Under the pieces are notes generated by a model. It was not told where the DNA came from. It ran no database searches and worked only from the letters and a program-made list of their open reading frames with translations. Both the position numbers and the translations under genes were made by a program. Shown here piece after piece: positions 8,801-18,473 of a stretch of DNA of 64,000 nucleotides (position 1 is its first letter; every line of letters starts with the position of its first letter). This DNA comes from an uncultured virus (IMG/VR IMGVR_UViG_3300045115_000228) (lineage: Duplodnaviria > Heunggongvirae > Uroviricota > Caudoviricetes). The stretch lies in the IMG/VR virus record IMGVR_UViG_3300045115_000228; one strand, given 5' to 3'.

Positions 8801-10219
8801 GCCTTCGATCTCAAGGTCGTAGACGACGCCGACATAGTCGAACCGGTCGACGGACTGCACCTTGCGCAGGATCACGCCGCCGCGCTGCAGGAACTGGCAG
8901 TTGTGTCCCTCCCCGACATCTTCCGACCAGACGGACGACACCTTCGCGTTGTCCCCGAAGCGCACGCATTCCGCCCTCGGGATGCGCAGGTTGTAGACCG
9001 TTTGCCTGCGGATGTTCCTGCGGCACGGCTTTGGTCTCGCCCAGGACAGCGAATGAGGGACGCGCAGCACGTCAAGGAAATGCGACAACTGGAACATCAT
9101 GTCGCGGCATACGCCCACTCCCTGGAACCCCATCTTGCGGCTGAAGCATCCGTCGCCTGCCAGGAAGCCGTCGACCAAGGCCAGCAGGGTGGTGGCGTCG
9201 TAGGACGAGACAAGCGGCGAGAAACGCTTTGTGCCGTTCGAGGCCATGCCCGGGCACATGCCGCACAGGAAGTCGGCGATCGTCTTGCCGTACACGGCAA
9301 TCCTGGTGATGCCGCCGGACTCGCGTGGCCAAACGGACGTGCTGCATTCCCCGAACCTGGACGACACGATCTCGGAGACCTTTCTGACGAGCCAATCCTC
9401 GGCGATGTTGACGTCGAAATAGACGCCCTTGAAGTCGCGCACGGGAGGCTTCCTGTCCGACTCCCAGTCGTAGGGTATGGGACAGCCCTCGGCCGCATAC
9501 AGACCGAGGAGCCATGCCTCTTGGGAGTCCATGGCGTTAGTGCCAGCAGGCGGGCATGGTGTCACGAGCCAGTCGCCCAGCGATATGCTCCCGGCCTGCG
9601 CGTAGGACGGCGGGCGGTCCATGTCCTTGGCGACGAGAATCTCGTGGCCAAGCGTGCATTCGAGCGGCATGGTCGTGAGCCCGCCGACCTTGATCCTGAC
9701 CATCTTCTCCGAGGCCAGACGCTCGAACTTCCTAGCGACCATCCTGACGGATCCGTCTCCGGATATTACGGCTTCCCCTGGTTGCACGGAGGCTATCGTC
9801 TTGACCGTCCCATGCCTAGTCTGGACCTGGGCTGTCGGCGGGAAGCAGTAGAACTCGACGGCCGTGGCGACCTTCGGCTCGTTCTCGTAGTAGTACCTCG
9901 CCCACTGGTACTGTTCCTTGCGCTTGACGGGGATCTGCCAGTTGATGGGCGTGTGGATCGGGCTGAAGAACTGAGGCTGCGTGTAGACGATGCCCCCGGA
10001 CGCCATCTTGGCCATCCCAGGGCCGGCGGACAGGAACGACGAGGCGAATGCGTTGGCGTTCTGCCTTCCCCTGACGACGGTGGCGGCCTTCTGGCCCTCC
10101 GCGAACGCCCTGGCCTGTATCCCGGCTATGTCGGGGGCCATGTCGCGCGGGTCGATCGGCAGCCCTGCGAGGGCGGCCCTGAGGTTCCGGTCGAGGTTCC
10201 CTGTGATTATGCCTGACAT
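5804..10219 (-). CDS. Portal protein with two inteins and C-terminal DUF559/Vsr-like endonuclease domain
   Basis: Extein reads as a portal (YYENEPKVATAVEFY|SKFP...YGIGMVRRLFPILAYK...IILDGLGVNKVLLNGEG..YNSA..S/I...ISMQTML); about 750 aa after splicing; located in head module. Confidence 0.8.
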   Translation of the reverse strand: MSGIITGNLDRNLRAALAGLPIDPRDMAPDIAGIQARAFAEGQKAATVVRGRQNANAFASSFLSAGPGMAKMASGGIVYTQPQFFSPIHTPINWQIPVKRKEQYQWARYYYENEPKVATAVEFYCFPPTAQVQTRHGTVKTIASVQPGEAVISGDGSVRMVARKFERLASEKMVRIKVGGLTTMPLECTLGHEILVAKDMDRPPSYAQAGSISLGDWLVTPCPPAGTNAMDSQEAWLLGLYAAEGCPIPYDWESDRKPPVRDFKGVYFDVNIAEDWLVRKVSEIVSSRFGECSTSVWPRESGGITRIAVYGKTIADFLCGMCPGMASNGTKRFSPLVSSYDATTLLALVDGFLAGDGCFSRKMGFQGVGVCRDMMFQLSHFLDVLRVPHSLSWARPKPCRRNIRRQTVYNLRIPRAECVRFGDNAKVSSVWSEDVGEGHNCQFLQRGGVILRKVQSVDRFDYVGVVYDLEIEGEHSYTVGKVACHNSKFPINGFTNECTNRYVKRYFDKLAEKLHLLKWLRVMSHEVHLLGDCFPFLEIDCEKCHGRGVDGKGQSCDHDGGSFKRLVILNPECAEVYSDPISPESLIAFLPNDELRTLIMKRGPGHDRFSPEIVKMIMAGRPIPLDNRNVSHVKYCDNGYNKYGIGMVRRLFPILAYKTKLMTAQWIIAERLILPIKVAKVGSDERPASAGDLADINTKLAQVANDPNLTLVTHHAFELDWFGACHSADTEVLTNKGWVRFGSINEPDGAYDGDLIVGTVNLQTGDLEFQKPSAFTSMDYDGEMVSVSGRHLDVLVTPKHSMVAARREWDNDGGEYRHGQWEKIRADQVVENTRFMATVGWRGCIPAELPYKKIPKLSGLTLDEFLAFLGYYLSEGGLKIENGRIWAAHVSQSENSPCFGRIKDIVRKVSDKVQESVDDRRDAKNVQFIINDSAFARQLGGEFGENSLSKRIPRWVLDLPTRELAILLGALMDGDGSVRFGSDGAPRFVYSSVSASLAGGVQELVLKLGYDPKDWMEVSDNPNHNDVHRVMWSAGIVKRGGGYRTVKERNIGRVSYSGRVYCFTVPNGTLVTRRNGKVGIHGNSGKIMQLTNEFEIISQEILDGLGVNKVLLNGEGPTYNSAAIGVEVMIDKLDSWRNELAEWVEQKIYLQVAKMMGFIEKNEWGEFEYVYPRIKWSIMHLRDQQQYRTFMLQLHEKGAISMQTMLKAFDIDYDQEVELLRYERARGALPGGQQQGGGLGGGFGGGGGGGGGGGLPDIGGMGGEGGGLDLGGGPGGDLGGAPGGDAGGGGAGGAPGGGMGAAASSSVANIREFGGKVLKKRSREKITRYKERLFRKQHSDEESGYLRDDKGRIQFTGPERELLKELAASVRRGEIRHNLVAQLPVQAMGEEYTLDFAMPDIKLGIEVDGALFHSTDEQIASDKRRDGRLAQQGWTILRFTDREVENKTRQVIEAIIKRQVQKENWMKENAR
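6971..8047 (-). mobile_element. Intein 2 (359 aa) with LAGLIDADG homing endonuclease
   Basis: A|CHSADTEVLT ... VTPKHSM, FLGYYLSEG and LLGALMDGDG, VYCFTVPNGTLVTRRNGK..IHGN|S. Confidence 0.92.
8762..9847 (-). mobile_element. Intein 1 (362 aa) with LAGLIDADG homing endonuclease
   Basis: Y|CFPPTAQV ... block B CTLGHEIL, LLGLYAAEG and LVDGFLAGDG, VYDLEIEGEHSY..ACHN|S. Confidence 0.92.
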
Positions 10220-10280
10220 TCAGCCTCCATGGGTGGTGATCGGGCCTTGGCCCTCACCCACTCATTATACAGCCTTGCTG

Positions 10281-12131
10281 TCAGGCTCCGTCGTTGAGGC
10301 CCAGTTCCGCCGCGTCCTGCTGCGTCTCGGCGTCCGACCGGGCCTTCGGCCCGGGCTTCTCGCCGTCAGGCTCCGTGGCGTAGGCGTCGGACACGTGCGC
10401 TGCCAGCTTCTGCAGGGCCATCGACTGCACGACGACGGCGGCGGCCACTGGCATCCCCGTGGCCTCGGAAATCCTGGCGGCCGCGTCCGCGTCGTCCAGC
10501 CCTTCGTTCCTCATGTCGACGGCCATCGAGAAGACCTTGGCGACGTCGCCATCCCCGCTCGTCGCGTCGGCGATCCTCCTTGGAGACAGCCTGACGAAGT
10601 TGTCCCTCCCGGCGGCGAGGATGACCCTGCGGGCGACCTCGTCCTCGCTCTCCTTGACGGGATGCTCCTTCTTGACGTCGAGCACGCAACGCTCGTACTT
10701 GTCGGGGTCGTCCCTGCCGACGGACTTCGTGCAGACGGCCCACGGGTTGACCGGCTTGCCCTTCTTCTTGGCCTCGACCGTCTTGCCTTCGGCCGCCGCG
10801 GTCTTCTCCGCCGGGGCCTTCTCCCACGTCACGGGCTTGCCCTCGGCGAAGTCCTGCAGTTCGCTGCGCACCTGGTAGAAGGCGATGTTCGACCAGGCAT
10901 CCCCGATGGCGGTGAGCGTCCCCTGATCGTCCCTCTGGCAGTCGTTCGTGATGATGAGGGCAGAGGTGAGGGCCCCGACCTCCTCGGGCCGCACGAGCTC
11001 CCAGCCGTTCGCCAGGTGGTCCGCGATCATGGACAGGAAGGCGTCGTCAGAGAGGTTGCCAGACTCGACGTTGGCCTTCGCCTCCTCGATCCCATTCTTG
11101 GTCGGGGTCATGACGAGGTTCCCGTCGCCATCGATGGAGAAGTCGACGTACGCCCCCGGCTGCCTGGTCGCGGCGGCTACCTTCTTGGTGTCCTGCGGCG
11201 TGGCGACGTGCCTGAACACGCCGGAGACATGGTCCCACGACCTTCCGTTGAACGTGATCGCCTGCCCGCACAGCGTGCAGACGCCCTTGGCGCCTGGGAG
11301 GTTGTCCTGTGCGACCTTGGACAGGGAGGACTCGCCGGAAACCATGGCGTCGATCCACCCGCCGCCTGAAGAGGCCTTCTTGCCGAGGACGTGGTCGGAG
11401 GTCGAGCCCTTCTCGCGGGCCTCCTGCATCCTGCGCTCGACCGACCACTGGTGCGGCCTCGGGACGCGGGTGCGCTCGCCCGGCTTGAGCATCATCGGGT
11501 TCCCGCCGTCCCTCGGGACGTCGGGGTTGGCCGGCGTGCCGGCGTCGGGGAACTTGTAGAACCGCTCGTTGATGTAGCCGCCGAAGAGCTCGCCTGTCTT
11601 CCTGTCCTGCTGGTCGGAGCTGAACTTGTCGGCGACGTGGCGCCTCCACAGCATCTCGGCGCAGTAGACCCTCATCGGGTCGTCGTCGAGCGTGAAGCTG
11701 TTCGAGCAGTAGTGGCGGCAGTTGTAGGTCGAGACGATCTCCTTGCCCATGCGCTTCGGACAGAGCCTGAGCGGCATGTCGAAGTTGACGACCTGGCGCT
11801 GCACGTAGGCCTGCTTGACCATCGCGGCGTGCTCGTCGGCCGTGATGACCTTGCCGCGGAGGAGTTCGTCGGCGGCCCTGACCTGCTCCACCCCGTCCTC
11901 GACCTTGGCGACCTCGGCTTCCGTCACTCCCGCCACCCTGAGGATGTCGTACAGCACGTCGGCGGCGTTGGCGTCGGACGCCTCGGCGATCCGCTTGGTC
12001 GTCTCGACCACGTCGGCCTGCCTGCCGTCGCCGACCCTCGGGAGGCTGACGATGATGGTCGCGGCCTTGCCGGCGCCCATCTTGGTCACCCAGGCGGCCA
12101 GGTCCGTCGGGCTCGTGAAGAATCTTGCCAT
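10281..12131 (-). CDS. Hypothetical virion-associated protein (616 aa) with small Cys motifs
   Basis: Good codon bias, SD AAGGAG; contains KVAQ and NPWAVCTKSVGRDDPDKYERCV. Confidence 0.8.
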   Translation of the reverse strand: MARFFTSPTDLAAWVTKMGAGKAATIIVSLPRVGDGRQADVVETTKRIAEASDANAADVLYDILRVAGVTEAEVAKVEDGVEQVRAADELLRGKVITADEHAAMVKQAYVQRQVVNFDMPLRLCPKRMGKEIVSTYNCRHYCSNSFTLDDDPMRVYCAEMLWRRHVADKFSSDQQDRKTGELFGGYINERFYKFPDAGTPANPDVPRDGGNPMMLKPGERTRVPRPHQWSVERRMQEAREKGSTSDHVLGKKASSGGGWIDAMVSGESSLSKVAQDNLPGAKGVCTLCGQAITFNGRSWDHVSGVFRHVATPQDTKKVAAATRQPGAYVDFSIDGDGNLVMTPTKNGIEEAKANVESGNLSDDAFLSMIADHLANGWELVRPEEVGALTSALIITNDCQRDDQGTLTAIGDAWSNIAFYQVRSELQDFAEGKPVTWEKAPAEKTAAAEGKTVEAKKKGKPVNPWAVCTKSVGRDDPDKYERCVLDVKKEHPVKESEDEVARRVILAAGRDNFVRLSPRRIADATSGDGDVAKVFSMAVDMRNEGLDDADAAARISEATGMPVAAAVVVQSMALQKLAAHVSDAYATEPDGEKPGPKARSDAETQQDAAELGLNDGA

Positions 12132-12220
12132 GGTTCGACTCCTTGTTCCGACCCTACGCGCGCCCCGCGTCCTTGAGCAGCCTCTGCTCCGCCTGCGTCC
12201 TGTCGAGCGTGGGGCCCACG

Positions 12221-13255
12221 TCAGTTCCTCGCCGGGATGCCTGCCGCCGACAGTTGGCGCTCCAGGGCGTCAGCGAACTCGTCCGTCAGCGACGGGCGCG
12301 TCGAGCCCTTGACCTTCTGCCAGTCGTCCTTGGCCGCCACCCTCTGGATGCCGGTCTTGCGGGCGGCGTTGGCGGCGTGTAGCTTCTCGCCGTCCGTCAG
12401 GTCGGGGACGTCCGCGGCGTCGGCGAACGGCCTGTTGATCTGCGACAGCTCGCTGACGACCTGCTTGAGGTCGAGCCCCGACTGCCGCGGCTTCTCGGGC
12501 AGCGATCCCGTCATGAACACCTTGCCTCTCGGCAGGGCCCCGGCCCCCATGTCCTTCGCCGCCTGCACGGCCTCCTTCTGCCACGCCGTCTTGGCGGCCT
12601 TGCGCTCGGCCATGTGCCGGGCGTTCTCCGCCTTCAGCCTCTCGCCCGTGTCCTGCTCGCCGGCCAGCTTGCCGATGGCGTCCGGATCGGCGACGCTGTT
12701 CTCCCCCCTGCGGACGCGGAGCGACGGGCTGGCGGAGTACTCGTACTCGCCGCGGATGGGCGTGATCCCTCCCGCCATGGCGGACGGCTGCGAGGCGAGC
12801 CTGCGGCCGGGAGCGACGACCTCCCAGTTCTCCTTCTTCGCGGGAGCGTCGGAAAGGTCGGACAGGTGGAACGGGTCGCCGACGGCGATCGCGAGATCGG
12901 CCGAGACAACGGGCTTGGCTGCGGACACCGCCTCGGCGAGGCGCCTCGTGTCCGGATCGTCGGCCACGGGCGGCGGGTCCGGCTGGCGGCTGTTGGGCAA
13001 CATCTTGCCCCGCATGCCGCACACGACGGCGTACTCGCGAAGTTGGGCGACGTGCTCGGGGTTCCACTCCGGGTTGAAGGCGTAGTTCTCGCCCGTGGCG
13101 GCGCACCTCTCGATGCGCTCCATCTCCCCGACGAGGGCCGCGTCGTCGAGGGACGCGGGCAGGGGGTTCCCAGCGGACGCCACCAGCTCACGCTCGACGC
13201 TCTCGAAGGCGGGCGTGATGCTTTCCTGGTCCGAGACCTTGAATATCGTGCTCAT
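12221..13255 (-). CDS. Hypothetical protein (344 aa)
   Basis: Good codon bias, SD GAGGT, upstream promoter motif. Confidence 0.8.
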   Translation of the reverse strand: MSTIFKVSDQESITPAFESVERELVASAGNPLPASLDDAALVGEMERIERCAATGENYAFNPEWNPEHVAQLREYAVVCGMRGKMLPNSRQPDPPPVADDPDTRRLAEAVSAAKPVVSADLAIAVGDPFHLSDLSDAPAKKENWEVVAPGRRLASQPSAMAGGITPIRGEYEYSASPSLRVRRGENSVADPDAIGKLAGEQDTGERLKAENARHMAERKAAKTAWQKEAVQAAKDMGAGALPRGKVFMTGSLPEKPRQSGLDLKQVVSELSQINRPFADAADVPDLTDGEKLHAANAARKTGIQRVAAKDDWQKVKGSTRPSLTDEFADALERQLSAAGIPARN

Positions 13256-13299
13256 GTTACCTCATTCCTTGGGCTTCCCGCACCGTCCCCGCCTCCTTA

Positions 13300-13325
13300 T
13301 TCGCAGGATCATGCCTTCATTCCTT
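13300..13325 (-). promoter_or_regulatory. Phage promoter AAGG-N18-CGAA
   Basis: AAGG AATGAAGGCATGATCCTG CGAA TAAG. Confidence 0.7.
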
Positions 13326-16300
13326 TGACTGCGCCTGGATCTTGCGAAGGGGAGGGATCGGGTAGACGCCGAACACGCCGTCCTCGTACACGTCGCCGTC
13401 CCTGAACTCCCCGGCCGCGATTCGGTCGCACGCCTGCTTGAACGTCTCGCTCGCCTGCGGCTGTGCGGGCTGCGCGACGGCCTGCTGGGCGGCCTGCTGG
13501 GCGACCTTGCGCGCGAAGCCGGACTTGACGAGCTGCTCGTAGTAGTAGTCGTTCGAGGCCACGGTCGTCTCGGACGCCGGCGGCATCATGTCGTCCTGCC
13601 CCTGCCCGCCGAACAGGTCGAACTCCGCCTGCGGGCTGGCGGCCCCGCCGCCCTCTTCCGCGCGGCCGTTGATCTGGGCTTCGAGCGTCCCGGTGCCGTA
13701 GACCCAGCCGCTGCCCTCGGACATCCGCGCCCTGTGGGCGGGGTTGTTCGGGTCGAGCCTCTCGCCGCGGTCCTCCGCATGGGTCATCTGGGCGGCGCGG
13801 CAGAAGTTGTCCGCGGTGAAGGGGAAGCCCGACATCGTCGGGGGATCCCAGCCGACGACGTTGTCGTCCCGGTCCCTCTTGGAGTACCCGGAGTACTTCT
13901 TCTTGTACTTCTCCCTGTCCTCGCTCCACAGGCGCGTCCTGGCGCGCGACTCCACCCACTGGTGGTGCATCGCGAACATCTTGTAGATGAAGTTGACGAG
14001 CGTCCGGATCGGCATGCGCGTCGGCACGAGGGCCTGCGCCATCCTCGGGAAGTCCGGGCGCAGGCTGTCCCAGAACCTCATGGTCTCGTCCCACAGGTCG
14101 TGGCTCTGCGGCGTCGTGGCCTCGGGGTCGTACATCAGCCCGAGCGGCTGCTCGCTCTTGATGATGTTCATGGCGGAGTCGAGGAAGTCCATGTAGGTGT
14201 CCTGGTCGTACGCCAGGTGGACGTGGTGCAGGTCGCCGCGGTTGACGAGGGCGCCGCGGACCCTCTCGGGGTTGTTGGTCGTCGCGATGATGAAGATGTT
14301 GCGCTCCTTGAGCGTTATCTGCTCCTCCTCGAAGAACTCAAGGAACTGGCCGATCTGCCCCGCGCTGGCCGTCGATCTGCCCTCCTCCTCGCGCCCGGCG
14401 ATCTGGGTGTCGATCTCGTCGATCCTGATGACGACGTCGGACATCCGCTTGATCGCGTCCAGCATCGCCTTGTTGAAGGCCTCGGACTGGCCGACGAGGC
14501 CGCCCCTGGTCTGCCCGACGTCGCACTTCACGAGGTCGAAGCCGAGCATCTTGGCCAGCACCTCCGCGAACACGGACTTGCCGCACCCGGGGTCGCCCCA
14601 CAGGATGATGAAGTGCTTCACGTCGTTCTGCAGGAGGTTGCGCATCACGATGTCGATGTCGTGGATCTCCTTGTTGATCCTGTGGACCTCCGTGGCGCCC
14701 TCGCTCCCGGGGGCGGCCCCGGACATGACGATCTGGTGCTTCCTGGCCATCAGGTCCCTCTGCTCGGACGACTTGCTGCGCGCCAGGTTGACGAGGTTCC
14801 TGAGCTCCTCGACCTTCTTGCCCCAGTCCGTGCGCCTGCTGTAGATGTAGTCCTCCATCGACTTCTTCGGCTCCTTGCGCGCGAGGGCCCTGAAGAGGTT
14901 GAACGTCTTGCCGGCGGTGTCGGTGAAGGTGCTGGTCTCGCGGACCTCGTCGTTCCTCTTGTGCCTCGCCTCGCGCGACAGCATGGTGCCGTCGATGCCG
15001 CCGGTCTTCTTGTCGACGATCCCGCTGAAAACGCCGTAGAGGAAGTCGTAGGCGGCCTGCTGCGTCTTGCCCTCGACCATCTGGGCGAGGCGGCGGATGT
15101 CGGACACGTCGACGTTGACGACCGCCAGCGACAGGTTCGCGAACTCGGGGGGTATCTCCAGCTCCTTCGGCACGGGGGCCCCTGGGGGCAGCCTCGCGCG
15201 CCTGGCGTTGCGGGCCTTGACGTCCTCCATGCGCTTGCGGACGGCCTCGCGGCACTTCTCGATGAAGAGGCTGACGATCGCCATCCCCTCCTCCTCGTCG
15301 ACCAGCATGCTGGTCTGGACCTTCGGCACCCATACGGCCCCGTCGAAGCCGAAGGACATCGGCCGCCTGCTGACGAAGACGATCGCCTTCTTGTTGCGCC
15401 TCGACCTGGGGGCGAAGTTGTCGAGGATGACGTCGTCGGCGAGGAAGCGCAGCGGGCCGGACTCGTCGTGGCCCGGGTCGACGAGGCCGCTCTTGTCGAC
15501 GTTGTTGACGATGAGCACGCGGTTCTGACCCGTGATCTTGGTGCAGAGCGACGAGATGGCCCTGTCGAACGCCTCCGGGGCCACCGCCCTGATCTGCTCC
15601 AGCGGCTTCTCGATGATGTCGAGGACGATCTTGCAGGCCTGCTGCACGTCGGGGGACGACGACTTCTGGATCGCCTTCACGGCGCTGACCATGTCGAGCC
15701 TGTGCTTCTCGTACACGCGCTTCACCATCGCCTCGTTCGGCGGCGGGGCGTTGCGCGCCGCGCCGGTCTCCGCGACGTGGTACTCGATGGTCTTCTTGGG
15801 ATCCGACAGAGCGGCAAGCCTGCCGAACAGCTTCTTGACGTCCGTCACGTCGAGGAAGCCTGTGCCGTCGTACGTCGTGCCGCCGAACGGCATGGGGATC
15901 GCCGGGAGCTCCGACCTGCGCAGGGCGATGTACCTCTGGCACATGTCGTAGTACGCCTTGAGGTCGTCATACCGCTTCGCCTGGGAAATCTTGTCGGGGT
16001 CGTTCGGGTCCTTCTCAAGGTCGTGGCGGTTCTCGATCTCCCGCATCCGGCGGAGGGCCTCCTCGGCTCCCGCCTGGAGTTGCTCGATGTGGTTGAGGAT
16101 GTTCTCGTACAGCCTGACGTTGGGGTCTCCTCCACCTCCTCCCTGCGGGGCCGCCGGCGCCTGGCCGCCTGGCCTCAACGATACTGCCTCCGTCCCGGGC
16201 ACCCCCTGGGGAGGGAACATGGCTCTGGCCTTGGTGGGCTCAAGCACCGCCATCGGGGTCGCCGGCTTCGGGCGGCTGCCCTCCTGCGGGGCCGCGTCCA

Positions 16301-16841
16301 TCTCGGTGGTGATGCGGCGGTAGTGGTCGAGGGTCTGCCTGTCGATGCCCGTCGGGTTCCCGAGGATCATCTGGAGGAGCATGTTGCGGCAGCCCTCGAT
16401 GTTGCCCCAGTTGGAGGCGCTGATCTCGTACCCGTCGAAGCCCTTGTATGCGACGCCAGATCCCGGCGGGAAGGCGGCCCGCAGGATGGCCTCCCAGTTG
16501 TCCTTGTCCCTGCCGATGACGAAGTTCACAACGCCGCACGTCGATACGTTGACGGCGGTCTGCAGCTCGCGGACGATGTCCTGGGTCTTCTTGAGCTTGA
16601 GGGTCCTGGCCTGGAGCGGGAAGTTGAACTTGTCGAGGAGGTCCTCCTGGTTCAGGACAGGGCGGGAGATGCGGCGCACGTTGCCATGGACCTCCGGATC
16701 GTAGGCCTGTCCGGTCGCCGGGTCAAGGTACTCCCCGTTCTCGTTCTTCGGAAGCGGTCTGCCATCCTTGGTGACGGGCACGTTGTAGTTCTTGAACGCC
16801 CCGGCCCTCTTCTCGATGGACGCCTGCTTGTCGATTGCCAT
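13317..16841 (-). CDS. Large AAA+ ATPase, Ycf46-like
   Basis: Walker A GDPGCGKS, pore loop GLVGQSE, Walker B IRIDEID, sensor ATTN; upstream degenerate AAA-like segment (RVLIVNNVD). Confidence 0.85.
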   Translation of the reverse strand: MAIDKQASIEKRAGAFKNYNVPVTKDGRPLPKNENGEYLDPATGQAYDPEVHGNVRRISRPVLNQEDLLDKFNFPLQARTLKLKKTQDIVRELQTAVNVSTCGVVNFVIGRDKDNWEAILRAAFPPGSGVAYKGFDGYEISASNWGNIEGCRNMLLQMILGNPTGIDRQTLDHYRRITTEMDAAPQEGSRPKPATPMAVLEPTKARAMFPPQGVPGTEAVSLRPGGQAPAAPQGGGGGDPNVRLYENILNHIEQLQAGAEEALRRMREIENRHDLEKDPNDPDKISQAKRYDDLKAYYDMCQRYIALRRSELPAIPMPFGGTTYDGTGFLDVTDVKKLFGRLAALSDPKKTIEYHVAETGAARNAPPPNEAMVKRVYEKHRLDMVSAVKAIQKSSSPDVQQACKIVLDIIEKPLEQIRAVAPEAFDRAISSLCTKITGQNRVLIVNNVDKSGLVDPGHDESGPLRFLADDVILDNFAPRSRRNKKAIVFVSRRPMSFGFDGAVWVPKVQTSMLVDEEEGMAIVSLFIEKCREAVRKRMEDVKARNARRARLPPGAPVPKELEIPPEFANLSLAVVNVDVSDIRRLAQMVEGKTQQAAYDFLYGVFSGIVDKKTGGIDGTMLSREARHKRNDEVRETSTFTDTAGKTFNLFRALARKEPKKSMEDYIYSRRTDWGKKVEELRNLVNLARSKSSEQRDLMARKHQIVMSGAAPGSEGATEVHRINKEIHDIDIVMRNLLQNDVKHFIILWGDPGCGKSVFAEVLAKMLGFDLVKCDVGQTRGGLVGQSEAFNKAMLDAIKRMSDVVIRIDEIDTQIAGREEEGRSTASAGQIGQFLEFFEEEQITLKERNIFIIATTNNPERVRGALVNRGDLHHVHLAYDQDTYMDFLDSAMNIIKSEQPLGLMYDPEATTPQSHDLWDETMRFWDSLRPDFPRMAQALVPTRMPIRTLVNFIYKMFAMHHQWVESRARTRLWSEDREKYKKKYSGYSKRDRDDNVVGWDPPTMSGFPFTADNFCRAAQMTHAEDRGERLDPNNPAHRARMSEGSGWVYGTGTLEAQINGRAEEGGGAASPQAEFDLFGGQGQDDMMPPASETTVASNDYYYEQLVKSGFARKVAQQAAQQAVAQPAQPQASETFKQACDRIAAGEFRDGDVYEDGVFGVYPIPPLRKIQAQSKE

Positions 16842-16886
16842 GGCTTCGCTCCTCGTTTCTGGTGCCGTTGCTCCGTAGCCAACTTA

Positions 16887-16912
16887 TTCGGCGTCGCGTC
16901 CCCCATTCCCTT
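16887..16912 (-). promoter_or_regulatory. Phage promoter AAGG-N18-CGAA
   Basis: AAGG GAATGGGGGACGCGACGC CGAA TAAG. Confidence 0.7.
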
Positions 16913-16930
16913 TTCGCCCACTGAAGCGGC

Positions 16931-16956
16931 ACGGCCCCGCCTCGCGGCGGGGCCGT
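16931..16956 (-). terminator. Stem-loop, putative terminator
   Basis: Perfect 11-bp inverted repeat ACGGCCCCGCC/GGCGGGGCCGT with GCGA tetraloop on minus strand, just after stop at 16983; U-tract weak. Confidence 0.6.
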
Positions 16957-16982
16957 TCCTGTCCGGACTCAGGGGCCCGACA

Positions 16983-17747
16983 TCAGGCCCTGTACTTCTT
17001 CAGCATCGCGTCGACGTACTCCCCGGGGAACCCGAGCATGTCCTTCCAGTAGTGGCGCAGCTCGCTGGTCTCCTCGGCGGTCAGCTCGGCGAGGCGCTTC
17101 ATGCCGGTCGCGGCCGCGAAGGCGGGCTTGTCGTCCTTCTTGTCGTCCTTCTTGTCGCCCTCCTTCTCGACCTTGCCGTCCTTCTCCCCCTCGACGCCAG
17201 GGACCTTCGGCTTGTCCTCGGCGCACTCCTCTTCCTTCTTCTCCTTGGCGGGGGACTCGGACTTCTCGTGCTCTTCCTTCGCCTCATCAGCCGGGGTCTC
17301 GGACTTCTCGTGCTCCTTGTCGGGGCTGATGTCCTCGGGCTTGTCGGACACCGGGGCGACGTCCGCCGGCTTCCCGACGTTCTCGATCGCCTCGGTCACC
17401 GCGGCCTTGGCGTCGGAGACCGCGGCGTCGGCGACGGCGCGCGCCGCATCCTCGACCTTCTTCACGGCCTGCTCGACGGCTCCGCCTCCGGCCGGGGCCG
17501 CAGCGGGCGGGACGGCCGGGGGAGCGTCGACCGGCGGGACGTCGGCCGGCGGGACGTCGGCCGGAGGGACGACCTCCGCGCTCATGTCCTGGAGTTCCGC
17601 GATGCCGTCCTGCATTCCGGGCAGATCCTTGATCGCCTGGAGCTGCGGGTCGTCAGCGAACATGTCCTGTGCCTTCTTCTCGACGGGCTGCTCCGGGTCG
17701 CGGACCCAGTCCATCTTCTTGCCACCAGCCGGGATGATCGGTGCCAT
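16983..17747 (-). CDS. Acidic low-complexity protein, scaffold/core-like (start MAPIIP)
   Basis: SD AAGGAG; KKAQ motif; DVPPA repeats; Glu/Lys-rich. Confidence 0.75.
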   Translation of the reverse strand: MAPIIPAGGKKMDWVRDPEQPVEKKAQDMFADDPQLQAIKDLPGMQDGIAELQDMSAEVVPPADVPPADVPPVDAPPAVPPAAAPAGGGAVEQAVKKVEDAARAVADAAVSDAKAAVTEAIENVGKPADVAPVSDKPEDISPDKEHEKSETPADEAKEEHEKSESPAKEKKEEECAEDKPKVPGVEGEKDGKVEKEGDKKDDKKDDKPAFAAATGMKRLAELTAEETSELRHYWKDMLGFPGEYVDAMLKKYRA

Positions 17748-17823
17748 GGTTCTTCTCCTTCGCTTTTTGAGTTCCATATCCGGCGTGGCATGACCAGGCC
17801 GGTCCAACTCGGACGCATCACTA

Positions 17824-17849
17824 TTCCTCGGTCCGCCCCCGAATCCCTT
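17824..17849 (-). promoter_or_regulatory. Phage promoter AAGG-N18-GGAA
   Basis: AAGG GATTCGGGGGCGGACCGA GGAA TAG. Confidence 0.55.
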
Positions 17850-17855
17850 CCCCGC

Positions 17856-18473
17856 TCACAACTTCGACCAGTCGCCCTCGTTGTCGCTCACGGCGATGTA
17901 GTGGTAGCCATTGCCTCGCCATTTCTCGATGGCCGCGTTGGCCTCTTCCGCGCTTAGCCTCGTCGCGCCAGCGAGGTCGCTCCCGCGCGGCTGGGTGCCG
18001 GTGCCGATCTCGCCGCCGTAGTACACCCACTGGTCGGCGGACATGTTGTAGTAGCGAAGCACGAGATGCTTGTCGTCGGGAGGGGGACCCGCCGGGAGGC
18101 TGGTCGCCTGGGCGGTCACCGTCGCCCCATGGCTTCCGGCAATCCTCTTCCCAAGGACGGACACGACGGCGGCGCCGATCGCCATCCCCGACGCCGACAG
18201 TTTCACGACCTCGTCGTGGTAGTCGACGGCCGCCTCCTTCGGGACCTTCCCCTCGCCGTGCGCGTACTGCTCAAGCCATCCCAGGGTGCGATCCCCCTTC
18301 TGGAACTCGTCGAAGCACTCCTGCCACGCCTCCTGGGCGGTCTTGCCCTTCTCCCGCTTGCACTTCGAGCAGTTCATCCACGCCCTCTGCTGGGCGAGGA
18401 AGTAGCCGCGGCCTCCCTCGTAGGCGAGGTTGGCCGTCTTCTCAAGATGCTGCTTCAGGTTGAAGGCGCTCAT
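17856..18473 (-). CDS. Hypothetical protein (start MSAFNLKQHLEKTA)
   Basis: SD AGGAGG, ATGA overlap with upstream gene. Confidence 0.75.
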   Translation of the reverse strand: MSAFNLKQHLEKTANLAYEGGRGYFLAQQRAWMNCSKCKREKGKTAQEAWQECFDEFQKGDRTLGWLEQYAHGEGKVPKEAAVDYHDEVVKLSASGMAIGAAVVSVLGKRIAGSHGATVTAQATSLPAGPPPDDKHLVLRYYNMSADQWVYYGGEIGTGTQPRGSDLAGATRLSAEEANAAIEKWRGNGYHYIAVSDNEGDWSKL

